Positions 1 to 9,880 are shown, numbered from the stretch's first letter. The stretch is DNA of 64,000 nucleotides from Bacteroidia bacterium (GCA_046296495.1 JBKBLB010000019.1:4312-68311), one strand, 5' to 3'. The notes: generated by a model from the sequence alone, not told the origin. Program-made: numbers and translations.

Positions 1-371
1 CTCTCGCGCATGGACTCCAAGTCTTCAGGCGTATCGAAAGCGTAATAGGCATAGCCACTTTCAACCAATTTCATAGCATATTGCTTGTACATTTCTTTAC
101 GCTCGCTTTGGCGATAAGGGGCATGCGGACCATTGCCAAAGCCAACACCTTCGTTTGGCTCAATTCCAAGCCATTTTAACGATTCGATAATGTATTCTTC
201 GGCACCTTTAACAAAGCGCGTTTGGTCGGTATCTTCAATACGTAAAATAAAATCGCCATTGTTTTTTTTGGCAATAAGGTAGTTGTATAAAGCCGTTCTT
301 ACACCGCCAATATGCAAAGGCCCGGTAGGGCTTGGGGCAAAACGTACTCTTACTTTTCTGTTTTCGTTCAT
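1..371 (-). CDS. gltX: glutamate--tRNA ligase, N-terminal part (gene runs off the left edge)
   Basis: Absent from the ORF track because it is truncated. Reverse-strand translation from the ATG at 371-369 reads [36 protein letters not shown]..., carrying the class I aaRS HIGH motif (PLHIGG) in the typical GluRS N-terminal context. Confidence 0.85.
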   Translation of the reverse strand, partial: MNENRKVRVRFAPSPTGPLHIGGVRTALYNYLIAKKNNGDFILRIEDTDQTRFVKGAEEYIIESLKWLGIEPNEGVGFGNGPHAPYRQSERKEMYKQYAMKLVESGYAYYAFDTPEDLESMRE

Positions 372-501
372 AAATGCTAAGCAGCCTGCGAAGATATATT
401 TTACGCTAATTATACCCTAAATTTAAAAACCTAATATTTTACTTAAATTTTGAAAGTGTATTTGTGTTTATTTACTTTGAACCAAACTATACTTATTAAT
501 T

Positions 502-1155
502 ATGCTTCACCGAGAAGGAAAAAAAACAATTTTTATAACACTTATTGTATTGTTTGCCATAAACTTTTTAGTTAGATTTATAGTTCCTGACAATCTTTTG
601 GTTCAGAATATATTTTTAATTTTATCTATTGCATTTTTGTTAATTATTCTACAGTTTTTTCGCAATCCGAGGGTACTAACGGTTTTAAACGAAAATAATA
701 TATTATCGCCAGCCGATGGCAAAGTTGTTGTAATTGAAGAAGTTGAAGAAACAGAATATTTTAAAGACAAACGCATACAAATTTCGGTGTTTATGAGCCC
801 ATTTAATGTACATGTAAATCGAAACCCTGTTGGCGGCATTGTTAAATATTTTAAGTATCATCCGGGAAAATATCTTGTTGCATGGCACCCCAAAAGCAGT
901 ACCGAAAACGAAAGAACCACAACCGTAATTGAAAGTGCAAAAGGTGAAATTTTATTTAGGCAAATTGCCGGTGCTTTGGCTAAGCGAATTGTTTGGTATA
1001 TAAAAGAAAATCAGCAGGTACGCCAAGGTGGTGAAATGGGCTTTATTAAATTCGGTTCAAGGGTTGATATTTTTGTTCCGCTTGGTTCAAAAATTAATGT
1101 GCAGTTAAACGATAAAGTTAAAGGTGGAAAAACTGTTTTGGCAACATTTTCATAA
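502..1155 (+). CDS. psd: phosphatidylserine decarboxylase proenzyme (short form)
   Basis: N-terminal TM segments, then SPADGKVVVIEEV, FMSPFNVHVNR and FGSRVD (the Gly-Ser self-cleavage site), all typical of Psd. Confidence 0.85.
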   Translation: MLHREGKKTIFITLIVLFAINFLVRFIVPDNLLVQNIFLILSIAFLLIILQFFRNPRVLTVLNENNILSPADGKVVVIEEVEETEYFKDKRIQISVFMSPFNVHVNRNPVGGIVKYFKYHPGKYLVAWHPKSSTENERTTTVIESAKGEILFRQIAGALAKRIVWYIKENQQVRQGGEMGFIKFGSRVDIFVPLGSKINVQLNDKVKGGKTVLATFS

Positions 1156-1199
1156 AAAAATGCAGGAAGCTGATATAACTCCCTGCATTTAGATTTTTT
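1154..1199. terminator. bidirectional intrinsic terminator between psd (+) and rplY (-)
   Basis: Stem aatgcagg (1159-1166) pairs with cctgcatt (1182-1189). An A-run lies upstream (1154-1160) and a T-run downstream (1195-1199). Confidence 0.6.
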
Positions 1200-1213
1200 A
1201 ATGTAATAGGTTA

Positions 1214-1804
1214 TTATTTCTTTTTGCCTGCTTTCTCTTCTGCTTTTGCAGCTTCCATAACCGCACGTGTAGTATTTACACTCACTACTGGATTGTTTGG
1301 AGAATCAAGCAACTCAATGCCTTCTGGTTTTAAATCTCCAACTTTTACCGATTTTCCAATTTCAAGATGCTCGATGTTAACCTCAATAAAATCGGGGAAT
1401 TTGCTTGGTAATGCTTTTACACGAAGTTTTTTGGCTTTTACAACCAACTTACCACCTGCACGCACTCCAACCGAGTTTCCAGTAATTTTTACCGGAATAT
1501 TCATTACAACCGGCTTATCATCATGTATTTCAAGAAAATCTGCATGAATAATTGAGTCGTTTACCGGATGAAACTGAATGTCTTTTAAAATGGCTTTATA
1601 CAATTTACCATCAATGTCTAATTTTACCTGATATGCGTTTGGTGTATAAACCAGTAATTTAAAATCGGGTTCATACATACTGAAATGAATATGTTCACTA
1701 CCTCCGTAAAGAACACATGGAACCTGACCTTCATCTCTTAACTTTTTTGTGGCACTTTTGCCAATGGTAGGGCGCACCGTACCAAACATTGCTATTGATT
1801 TCAT
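1214..1804 (-). CDS. rplY: 50S ribosomal protein L25 / general stress protein Ctc (long form)
   Basis: 196 aa. The GKSATKKLRDEGQVPCVLYGG N-terminus and two-domain length with a Lys/Ala/Glu tail are typical of L25/Ctc. Confidence 0.85.
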   Translation of the reverse strand: MKSIAMFGTVRPTIGKSATKKLRDEGQVPCVLYGGSEHIHFSMYEPDFKLLVYTPNAYQVKLDIDGKLYKAILKDIQFHPVNDSIIHADFLEIHDDKPVVMNIPVKITGNSVGVRAGGKLVVKAKKLRVKALPSKFPDFIEVNIEHLEIGKSVKVGDLKPEGIELLDSPNNPVVSVNTTRAVMEAAKAEEKAGKKK

Positions 1805-1871
1805 ATATATTTATTTTTCGGTTTACTCAAAATCATTTATGCCAACAAAAAGCATAAAAGTTTCCCATCAA

Positions 1872-2837
1872 CTATAGGTTCATTTTTAGCTGGTCTTTTA
1901 TATTAAAAAGCGAGCTAATTGAACCATGTTCGGTAATATTTTTTATTGCTTCTGCAAATAATGGAGCTACCGACAGCACCTTAATTTTACCGCTTTCTCT
2001 TTTTAACGGAATAGTATCGCATACAACCAATTCATCTAAAACACTATTTTCAATATTTTCGTATGCTTTTCCGCTAAGAACCGGATGCGTACACATGGCT
2101 CTAACACTATTGGCACCTTTTTCTTTGATAAGGTTTGCGGCTTTTGCCAAAGTGTTTCCGGTATCAATAATATCATCAACCATTACCACATCTTTTCCAG
2201 TTACATCACCTATCAGGTTCATGCTGGCAATTTCGTTTGCGCGTCTTCTTTCTTTATCAACAATAACCATATCGCAGCCAAGTGCTTTGGCATAAACCCT
2301 TGCACGTGCCGATGAGCCAATATCAGGCGAGGCAATAATAAGGTTTGAACCAAAATTACTTTTTCGAATATATGGAATAAAAATTACCGAAGGATCAAGA
2401 TGATCAACCGGGATTTCGAAGAATCCTTGAATTTGAGGTGCATGTAAATCCATGGTAATTACACGGCTGGCGCCAACTTTGGTAATCATATCGGCCACTA
2501 CTTTAGAGCCTATAGAAACCCTTGGCTTGTCTTTACGGTCTTGCCTTGCCATGCCAAAATAAGGAATAACGGCTGTAATGTAATGGGCCGAAGCACGTTT
2601 TGCTGCATCAATCATCAGCAACAATTCCATTAAATTGTCACTATTTGCAAAAGTTGACTGTATTAAGAAGACATCGCAACCCCGAACACTTTCATTAAAA
2701 CTAGGCTGAAATTCGCCATCGCTAAACTTACTTATCACACAATCGCCCAAACTTTTTCCGTAATGAGCAGCAATTTGCTCAGACAGGTACATTGAGGTAG
2801 TACCCGAAAAAAGCTTTATTTCGTTGCGTAACTGCAT
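1872..2837 (-). CDS. prs: ribose-phosphate pyrophosphokinase
   Basis: FSDGE, the RQDRK flexible loop and the DDIIDTGNT PRPP-binding loop are present. 321 aa. Confidence 0.92.
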   Translation of the reverse strand: MQLRNEIKLFSGTTSMYLSEQIAAHYGKSLGDCVISKFSDGEFQPSFNESVRGCDVFLIQSTFANSDNLMELLLMIDAAKRASAHYITAVIPYFGMARQDRKDKPRVSIGSKVVADMITKVGASRVITMDLHAPQIQGFFEIPVDHLDPSVIFIPYIRKSNFGSNLIIASPDIGSSARARVYAKALGCDMVIVDKERRRANEIASMNLIGDVTGKDVVMVDDIIDTGNTLAKAANLIKEKGANSVRAMCTHPVLSGKAYENIENSVLDELVVCDTIPLKRESGKIKVLSVAPLFAEAIKNITEHGSISSLFNIKDQLKMNL

Positions 2838-2886
2838 GGTTTTTATAAAATTAAGACATCCCTTTTAGTTTGGGATGTCTTTAGGT

Positions 2887-2962
2887 TGGTTGACCGACCA
2901 GGGGTCGAACCTGGACTCTTCTGAACCAAAATCAGACGTGTTGCCAGTTACACCATCGGTCA
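2887..2962 (-). tRNA. tRNA-Gln (anticodon UUG), CCA encoded
   Basis: Cloverleaf folded by hand. Acceptor TGACCGA/TCGGTCA with the U1:A72 pair typical of tRNA-Gln. U8, D stem GTGT/ACAC with A14 and G18G19. Anticodon stem TCTGA/TCAGA with loop TTTTGGT (anticodon TTG). T arm CCAGG-TTCGACC-CCTGG, discriminator A, then CCA. Confidence 0.9.
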
Positions 2963-3115
2963 ATTGGGAGTGCAAAAGTAAGTATTTTTAAAACTTTGTA
3001 AAGTATTTTTTAAAAAAATATTTAAGCTATCAGTATTAAATAACATACACACTTTGAGTGATGTTTACAAACTTAAAAATTTAAGCCGCAATTAAAAAAA
3101 TACCTTTGCGATAAA

Positions 3116-4297
3116 TTGACTGACGCTCACTGCATAGCTTTGGTTTTTTCACGAAACGGACTCAGGTACTTTAATTATGCCTGTATGCATGCTGCCGCAT
3201 TGTTGAAAATGAATAAACAAGTTTACATTTTTAGCCCTGATTGGTTAAAAATACAACAATACCTTGTTGAACATTTTTACCACAAAAAGCAGTATTTTAA
3301 TTGTGCTCCAACAACTTACAAAAATCACGAAAATAAAAATTTAAGTGTCTCATTAAATTTACTAAAACTGAGAAATGCTATTTCTGAAACTGAGAAAAAG
3401 CAAAAATCAAAAACCGATTTAATTATTTTCTGTCCGGTTGATGATTGGTTTTTACCCAATACAAAAAAGTTTTTTATAGAAAAGCTTTTACCTGCAAAAT
3501 GGACTGGTATTTACCTAAACCTTAGCGATTATTACAGCAATAAACTTACCTTAAATGTTGACCCAAAGCCGGGAGAACCGGATTATTTTTTTTCGGCAAG
3601 AAACTGCATTGGAGTAGTTTTACTTGACAGGTTTATGGCCAAAGAAGTACAAAGCAGGGTTTATAAAAAAGTTGTTGTTTTTCCGGATATTAGCCTTAGA
3701 AACAATGTTGGTTCAAACAAAATTATAGAGCAGATAAAACAACTAGCTAAAGGACGAATGATTGTTGGGATGATTTTGCTTGAAAATGAAAACCTTGAGC
3801 CGTTTTTACAAACAGCCCTTCATGCCGAAACCGATAAATTCTTTTTTGTTTGTGCAGGAAAAATTGAACCTGAATTACTAAATAAAAAAGAAAAAAAATT
3901 ATTGAGCCAATTGTTGCAAAAAGGATACAACAACAATTACTTTATTTTAAACGATTTTGACGATGATGACGAAGTGGCTACCTATATTAAAAGTTTTGAC
4001 ATATTGTTTTTAATCGATGGCAACTATATGCAGCCACACCCATTGCTAACCAAAGCTGCTATATTAAAAAAACCTGTTATTGCTTCAAACAAAGATGTAA
4101 TTGGTAAATTAGTTAGTACTTTTAAACTGGGTGTAAGTGTAGGAAGCCAGTATGCCGATTGTATACACGCACTAAACATGCTGCGTTTACAAATGCCTTT
4201 TGAACAAAATTTTGATTTGGAAAAACTAAACCTTTACGCACAGTTACAAAGTAATTCTATCTTAGAAGAAAGCCTGGAGCAAATCTTACTTTTTTAA
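3116..4297 (+). CDS. hypothetical protein, possible GT-B-fold glycosyltransferase
   Basis: The long ORF is in cluster context. The C-terminal LLTKAAILKKPVIASNKDVIGKLV..GVSV resembles the donor-binding half of GT1/GT4 enzymes. Start is uncertain (TTG 3116, ATG 3185 or 3209). A TACCTTTG -7-like box lies at 3101-3108. Confidence 0.4.
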   Translation: MTDAHCIALVFSRNGLRYFNYACMHAAALLKMNKQVYIFSPDWLKIQQYLVEHFYHKKQYFNCAPTTYKNHENKNLSVSLNLLKLRNAISETEKKQKSKTDLIIFCPVDDWFLPNTKKFFIEKLLPAKWTGIYLNLSDYYSNKLTLNVDPKPGEPDYFFSARNCIGVVLLDRFMAKEVQSRVYKKVVVFPDISLRNNVGSNKIIEQIKQLAKGRMIVGMILLENENLEPFLQTALHAETDKFFFVCAGKIEPELLNKKEKKLLSQLLQKGYNNNYFILNDFDDDDEVATYIKSFDILFLIDGNYMQPHPLLTKAAILKKPVIASNKDVIGKLVSTFKLGVSVGSQYADCIHALNMLRLQMPFEQNFDLEKLNLYAQLQSNSILEESLEQILLF

Positions 4298-4543
4298 CTG
4301 TAAAGTTTGTATGACTCGATATTAAATTTTTTATGTATCATTAAAAAAAGAGTTAACTTCTTTAAAAATTTATGATATATAAGTAAATTATGTTTATTGC
4401 AAAATTGAAGAAATTAAAATTATTACAGATAATCAATCAAAAGACATTAATATTTTTAGAGGTTCAAACCAACAACAATAAATAAATGCATATTAAAACT
4501 AATATGTATAATTTGCGTGTTTTAAGCTAAAATTGCGCCCAAT

Positions 4544-5434
4544 TTGGCATTACAAACACCCATACTGTTTTTAATTTTTAATCGCCCCGAAACAACTGTA
4601 AAGGTTTTTGAGCAAATAGCTTTGCAAAAGCCCTCTAAACTTTATATAGCAGCCGATGGGCCGAGAAAAAATAAACCAAATGAAGATGAACTTTGCAGGC
4701 AAACAAGAGAAATTGTTTCTAAAATTAACTGGCCATGCCAAGTAAAAACCCTTTACCGCGATAAAAACTTAGGTTGCAAAATTGCGGTGAGCAGCGCCAT
4801 AACTTGGTTTTTTGAACACGAAGAAGAAGGCATCATTCTTGAAGACGATTGCCTGCCTCATGCTGATTTTTTTAAATTTTGTGAGGTTTCTCTGCAAAAT
4901 TACAGGTATAATTATGAGGTAATGCACATAAATGGTTTTTGCCCAATAACCCAAAGCAGCAATGTAAGATTTACAAATTATATTTCAATTTGGGGCTGGG
5001 CAACCTGGCGAAGGGCATGGAAACTTTACGATGTAAATGCAGGTTATTACAACAGCTTTAAAAAACAACAGTTATTGCATAAACTTTTTCCTAAAAGTTA
5101 TCACCTTATAAAAGATTTTATAAAACATGTAATAGATGGCAAAAACAACACTTGGGATTTGCAATGGGCTTTGGCAATTCATGTATTTTTTGGCGTTGCA
5201 TTAATGCCTCCCGTTAATCTTGTTAAAAATATAGGGTTTGAAAATGCAACACATTCGAGCGAAAATGATAAAAGTCGATTAACCATTGAGTCAAATTCTA
5301 TAAATATAGAAAATTTAACTTTTACAAAAGATTTTTTTGTAGATAACACGCTCGATGATGAAATAAACTTTTATTTTAATGGCAGGTATTCTATTTTTAA
5401 AAAAATAAAATCAACACTATTCCCTAATTCGTAA
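4544..5434 (+). CDS. nucleotide-diphospho-sugar transferase (GT-A, GNT-I-like)
   Basis: N-terminal ILFLIFNRPETTVKVFEQI...LYIAADGPR and an acidic ILEDDCLP motif, as in GT-A enzymes. TTG start. Confidence 0.55.
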   Translation: MALQTPILFLIFNRPETTVKVFEQIALQKPSKLYIAADGPRKNKPNEDELCRQTREIVSKINWPCQVKTLYRDKNLGCKIAVSSAITWFFEHEEEGIILEDDCLPHADFFKFCEVSLQNYRYNYEVMHINGFCPITQSSNVRFTNYISIWGWATWRRAWKLYDVNAGYYNSFKKQQLLHKLFPKSYHLIKDFIKHVIDGKNNTWDLQWALAIHVFFGVALMPPVNLVKNIGFENATHSSENDKSRLTIESNSINIENLTFTKDFFVDNTLDDEINFYFNGRYSIFKKIKSTLFPNS

Positions 5435-5441
5435 TTATCAT

Positions 5442-6608
5442 TTGAAACATACACCTAAATATAAATTTGCAATAGCCGGTGCAGGATTTTCGGGAGCCGT
5501 TCTTGCAAGAGAATTAGTAACAAATTTAGATTGCAACGTTACCATTTTTGAAGAAAGAAGCCATATTGGAGGAAATTGCTATACAGAGAAAGATGAAAAA
5601 ACCAGCATTGAAATCCATAAATACGGCCCACATATTTTTAATACAAACTACAATTTAGTTTGGGAATATGTAAATAAGTTTTGCCGCATGGGTACTTATA
5701 TCCATCAGGTAAAAGCAAATACCACAAAAGGCATTTTTAGTCTTCCAATAAATCTTGATACAATTAACAAGTTTTTTGATAAAAGCTTTAATCCTACAGA
5801 AGCAGAAGAGTTTATAAATACACTTGGTTATAAAAACATTACTGAACCAAAAAACTTTGAAGAATTTGCTCTCAAATATATTGGCAAAGATTTGTATGAA
5901 ACTTTTATAAAATATTATTCTGAAAAACAGTGGGGTTGTGCTATGACAGAATTGCCCGCATCTGTAATAAAAAGATTGCCTGTAAGGTTTAATTACAACA
6001 GCAATTATCACAAAAGCAAATTTGTTGGCATTCCTGTTGAAGGTTACACAGGTTTAATTAAAAACATTTTAAACCACGATAAGATAACCATTGTTCTAAA
6101 TACAAAAATAAACCGAGATGTTTTAGGTGAATTCAATCACTTATTTTATTGCGGGCCAATTGACAAGTTTTACGAATACAAATTTGGCAATCTTGGATAT
6201 AGAACCGTTTATTGGGAAAACAATTATGCTAAAGGCGATTTTCAGGGAATATCTCAGGTAAACTATACCGAAAACAATGTGCCTTTTACACGTATTGTTG
6301 AACACAAACATTTTACGCCTTGGAATGATTTTAACGAAACCTTTTATTCGATAGAATACAGCAAAGAAACAACCGTAAACGATATACCTTATTACCCGAA
6401 ACGCCTTGAAAAAGATATTGAAATACTAAGCAAATACAGAGAATTTGCTGAGAACATCGAATACAATATTTCTTTTCTTGGAAGACTTGCTACATATCGC
6501 TACATGGATATGGATAAAACCATTTTAGAAGCATTAAATTTTGCAAAATTATTTATAAGTAAAATTAATGAAAGTAAAAAACCTGTTTTCCCTAATACTG
6601 AAATATGA
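5442..6608 (+). CDS. glf: UDP-galactopyranose mutase
   Basis: FAD fold AIAGAGFSGAVLA, then FEERSHIGGNCYT and HKYGPHIFNT, with the length and C-terminal GRLATYRYMDMD typical of Glf. Confidence 0.9.
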   Translation: MKHTPKYKFAIAGAGFSGAVLARELVTNLDCNVTIFEERSHIGGNCYTEKDEKTSIEIHKYGPHIFNTNYNLVWEYVNKFCRMGTYIHQVKANTTKGIFSLPINLDTINKFFDKSFNPTEAEEFINTLGYKNITEPKNFEEFALKYIGKDLYETFIKYYSEKQWGCAMTELPASVIKRLPVRFNYNSNYHKSKFVGIPVEGYTGLIKNILNHDKITIVLNTKINRDVLGEFNHLFYCGPIDKFYEYKFGNLGYRTVYWENNYAKGDFQGISQVNYTENNVPFTRIVEHKHFTPWNDFNETFYSIEYSKETTVNDIPYYPKRLEKDIEILSKYREFAENIEYNISFLGRLATYRYMDMDKTILEALNFAKLFISKINESKKPVFPNTEI

Positions 6609-7543
6609 TTACAAAACAACATAGTATTTTAGTAACTGTAGTTACCAGAAACAGGCCTAAAAATCTCGATACTTTTTTAAATCTTATATCCAATCAAACA
6701 TTACAACCTGATAAGGTTTTGGTAATTGATAACGACTCAGAACCTGAAACAAAATTTGTTGTTGAAAAGCATTTGGTTCAAAACAATAAAATAAAATACC
6801 TTAATACCCAAACAAACGGAGGCTCGGCAGGCGGACAGTGTGTTGCATTAAACTATGCAGCAGCCAATAACTTTGATTTGGTTTATACTCTTGATGATGA
6901 TTGTGAACCCACTCCTACCGCAATTGAAAAAGTTTATGAAAAATGGTTAGCACAACCCGATAAAGATAATGTTGTTCTTTCCGGAATTAGTTTAAGTTTG
7001 GATGATGATACTTTTTCGTTTGCTTTATGGACAATAGAAAAAAACATTTTTGCCAAAAACAATACTTGTTATTGGAGCAAAAATGAAATTCCTGATAACA
7101 AAATAACTGACGGAATATTTTGGGGCTGGTCGCATTTTTTTCTTGGTGTTTTAATACCAACAAAAATTATAAAAAGAATAGGCAGCGTAAACCGCAAATA
7201 CTTTATAAGAGGCGATGAACTTGAGTATTTTGTTAGACTTAAAGAAAGCGGAGTAAAACTTGGTGCTGTTATTGATAGTGTAGTAAAACATCCAAAAGAA
7301 ACTTCACAAAACAATAATAAAGCAGCCGAGGTAAAAAAATATTTTACCATAAGAAACAATACCGATATTAGGCTAACATACTATCCTGATAAAAAATACA
7401 ATTACACATTTTACAAATTATGGTTAAAATTTTATCCGTTATTTTTTAACAAACATAAAGCTGAATATTTGGCAACAAAAGATGCTATTGAAGGCAATTT
7501 TAATAGCAGTTTTGATGATATTGCCAATTTATTAAAAAATTGA
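6605..7543 (+). CDS. glycosyltransferase family 2 (candidate galactofuranosyl or rhamnosyl transferase)
   Basis: VTVVTRNRPKNLDTFLNLISNQT...VLVIDNDS plus the DxD-like LDDDCEP. Overlaps the glf stop by 4 nt. Confidence 0.75.
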   Translation: MITKQHSILVTVVTRNRPKNLDTFLNLISNQTLQPDKVLVIDNDSEPETKFVVEKHLVQNNKIKYLNTQTNGGSAGGQCVALNYAAANNFDLVYTLDDDCEPTPTAIEKVYEKWLAQPDKDNVVLSGISLSLDDDTFSFALWTIEKNIFAKNNTCYWSKNEIPDNKITDGIFWGWSHFFLGVLIPTKIIKRIGSVNRKYFIRGDELEYFVRLKESGVKLGAVIDSVVKHPKETSQNNNKAAEVKKYFTIRNNTDIRLTYYPDKKYNYTFYKLWLKFYPLFFNKHKAEYLATKDAIEGNFNSSFDDIANLLKN

Positions 7544-7550
7544 TTTTATA

Positions 7551-8327
7551 ATGAGTGTTAATTGCAAAATATGTGGAAATGAATCTAAAGAGATTTTTAA
7601 CTCTTCCATACTTGGCAAGTATAATGTTTGCTACTATCAATGTAGCACATGCTATTTTACGCAAACAGAAAATCCATATTGGTTAGGTGAAGCATACAAC
7701 AGTGCCCTTAATATTGAAGATACAGGCACTATGGTTCGAAACCTTAAATTTTCTACAATTTTAACAACATTCTTATTTATTATTTTTAATAAAAAAGCTC
7801 GTTTTGTTGATTGGGGAGGAGGATATGGCATATTTACACGATTAATGCGCGATATTGGTTTTGATTTTTATTGGAGCGATAAATATGCACAAAACTTAGT
7901 TGCAAGAGGTTTTGAATACAATAACAAAATGGGAAAAGTAGATGCAGTAACTGCATTTGAAGTTTTTGAACATTTAGAAAACCCTGTTGAAGAATTAAAA
8001 TCAATGCTCCAAATTACCGATACAATTATCTTTTCAACCGAACCCATACTATACCCGGCACCCAATAAAAACAATTGGTGGTATTATGCTTTTGAACATG
8101 GACAACATATAGCATTTTACCACACACAAACATTTAAATATTTGGCGAAAAAATTTAATTTAAACTATTACAGCAATGGTTTGAACCTACACATTTTAAG
8201 TTCAAAAAAACTAAATCCTACTATTGTTAAACTTATTCTCAGATTATCAAAATATACATACCCGATTTTTAAATTGTTTTTAAAAAGTAAAACAAATACG
8301 GATAACGTTTTATTGAAAAGGAAGTAA
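7551..8327 (+). CDS. class I SAM-dependent methyltransferase with an N-terminal Cys4 zinc ribbon
   Basis: CKICGN...CSTCYF resembles the putative zinc-binding domain of sugar C-/O-methyltransferases. It is followed by VDWGGGYG (SAM motif I-like) and AFEVFEHLENP. Confidence 0.6.
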   Translation: MSVNCKICGNESKEIFNSSILGKYNVCYYQCSTCYFTQTENPYWLGEAYNSALNIEDTGTMVRNLKFSTILTTFLFIIFNKKARFVDWGGGYGIFTRLMRDIGFDFYWSDKYAQNLVARGFEYNNKMGKVDAVTAFEVFEHLENPVEELKSMLQITDTIIFSTEPILYPAPNKNNWWYYAFEHGQHIAFYHTQTFKYLAKKFNLNYYSNGLNLHILSSKKLNPTIVKLILRLSKYTYPIFKLFLKSKTNTDNVLLKRK

Positions 8328-8633
8328 GTCATACTTACAAATGTTGGTTTAAGTAAAAAGTGCATTTTTTTAAGTAGATAAAGCTTTGCACATATCTTTC
8401 GTTGGTCGGAATTACTGCACAGCGCAATAATACCAGGTAGCAAATGGTGATATGATGGAACCTACCGCATTGCTATTTGCCCTGTTAGTGTTTATTTTTA
8501 TATTCTAAGAAACCAAAAGTAAATTGGGAAGTACAATCAATATAAGAGGTTCTGTTACTTTATTGCGGAAATACAAAAAAATAAATATTAAACACTGATT
8601 TTCTGAATATTATATAAATCATTAAAAACAACT

Positions 8634-8666
8634 ATGCAAATTGAAACTACAACTTTCAATTTGCAT
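8634..8666. repeat. 13-bp perfect inverted repeat ATGCAAATTGAAA-N7-TTTCAATTTGCAT
   Basis: Arms at 8634-8646 and 8654-8666 were checked base by base. The right arm overlaps the putative -33 TTTG of the downstream gene. Confidence 0.8.
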
Positions 8667-8690
8667 AGTTTTAATTATTTTATAATTTTG
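8660..8690 (+). promoter_or_regulatory. candidate Bacteroidota sigma-A-type promoter (TTTG-N19-TAATTTTG)
   Basis: TTTG at 8660-8663 and TAATTTTG (TAnnTTTG) at 8683-8690, 15 nt before the ATG at 8705. Motif match only. Confidence 0.35.
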
Positions 8691-8704
8691 CGAATTGATT
8701 ATCA

Positions 8705-9880
8705 ATGAATAAGCACGTTTATATTGAAAGAAACCTTGAAAAAGATATTGAAACATACATGAAGATTTTTCCTGTGGTCGCAATTTTAGGGCCACGTCAA
8801 TGTGGAAAATCAACCTTAATAAAGCATTTTGTATTAAATAGTGTTAAAAATGCTATTTATTTAGACTTACAAAACAATGAAGATTTAAACAAACTCCAAG
8901 ATCCTCGACTGTTTTTCAAAGCTAATATTGAAAAAACACTTTGTATTGATGAAATTCAATTGGTACCTGACTTATTTACAACATTAAGAAGTGTAATAGA
9001 CGAAGAAAGAAGAAATGGCAAGTTTATTTTATTGGGTTCTGCATCAAGAGAACTAATACAAAAAAGTTCTGAAACTCTTGCTGGTAGAATTGGCTATTTA
9101 TCACTTACTCCATTTCTTATAAATGAATTAATAGAAATAAATATGTTTACTTTTTGGAACAGAGGCGGATTTCCTGAGAGTATATTAGCCGAGAATGATT
9201 TGTATAGCTATATATGGAGAGAAAACTTTATTAAAACCTACATAGAAAGAGATTTACCTCAATTGGGGTTTCAAATACCACCCATACAACTTATAAGATT
9301 TCTAACAATCTGTGCTCATGAACATGGACAAACATTAAACTTAAGTAAGTTATCAAGTGCAATGGGTATGACTCACCCAACCATGAAAAAATATTTTGAC
9401 TTGTTTGAACAAACTTTTGTAACGCGCTCATTAAAACCATACGAATTAAATATAAAAAAAAGACTCATTAAGTCTCCAAAAATTTACATTAGGGATACTG
9501 GTATTTTACATCATTTATTAGGTATAAAAAATACAGATATGCTTTTTTCAAATCCTATATTTGGTGCATCTTGGGAAGGTTTGGTAATAGAACAGGTATT
9601 ATCTCAAATAAATGCACCTGCTTATTTTTACAGAACTTCAAACGGAGAAGAAGTTGATTTATTAATACAACTTAACAATTTATTAATTGCAATAGAATGC
9701 AAAGCATCGTCTGCACCAAAACTTTCGAAAGGGTTTTATAATGTAATAGAAGATTTAAAACCAAACATGGTTTTTATAGCATCACCCATTGAGAGTGCTT
9801 CATATCAATTATCTGAAAAAATTACAGTAATTGGTTTAAAAGAATTAATTACAACATTACTCAAAATTGCTTCAAATTAA
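8705..9880 (+). CDS. AAA+ ATPase with a DUF4143-type C-terminal domain
   Basis: Walker A GPRQCGKST and Walker B LCIDEIQ. About 390 aa with the architecture of the AAA_14/DUF4143 family. Confidence 0.75.
   Translation: MNKHVYIERNLEKDIETYMKIFPVVAILGPRQCGKSTLIKHFVLNSVKNAIYLDLQNNEDLNKLQDPRLFFKANIEKTLCIDEIQLVPDLFTTLRSVIDEERRNGKFILLGSASRELIQKSSETLAGRIGYLSLTPFLINELIEINMFTFWNRGGFPESILAENDLYSYIWRENFIKTYIERDLPQLGFQIPPIQLIRFLTICAHEHGQTLNLSKLSSAMGMTHPTMKKYFDLFEQTFVTRSLKPYELNIKKRLIKSPKIYIRDTGILHHLLGIKNTDMLFSNPIFGASWEGLVIEQVLSQINAPAYFYRTSNGEEVDLLIQLNNLLIAIECKASSAPKLSKGFYNVIEDLKPNMVFIASPIESASYQLSEKITVIGLKELITTLLKIASN

Noticed and set aside
1805-1871. Hairpin tttatgc-N9-gcataaa between prs and rplY as a terminator.
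   Set aside because: It is a 7-bp AT-rich stem with a weak U-tract. The two genes may well be co-transcribed, so the evidence is not strong enough to call.
2887-8327. tRNA-Gln with the adjacent glycan cluster as a tRNA-targeted genomic island.
   Set aside because: There is no integrase, and no visible repeat of the tRNA 3' end downstream of the cluster. The adjacency alone is insufficient.
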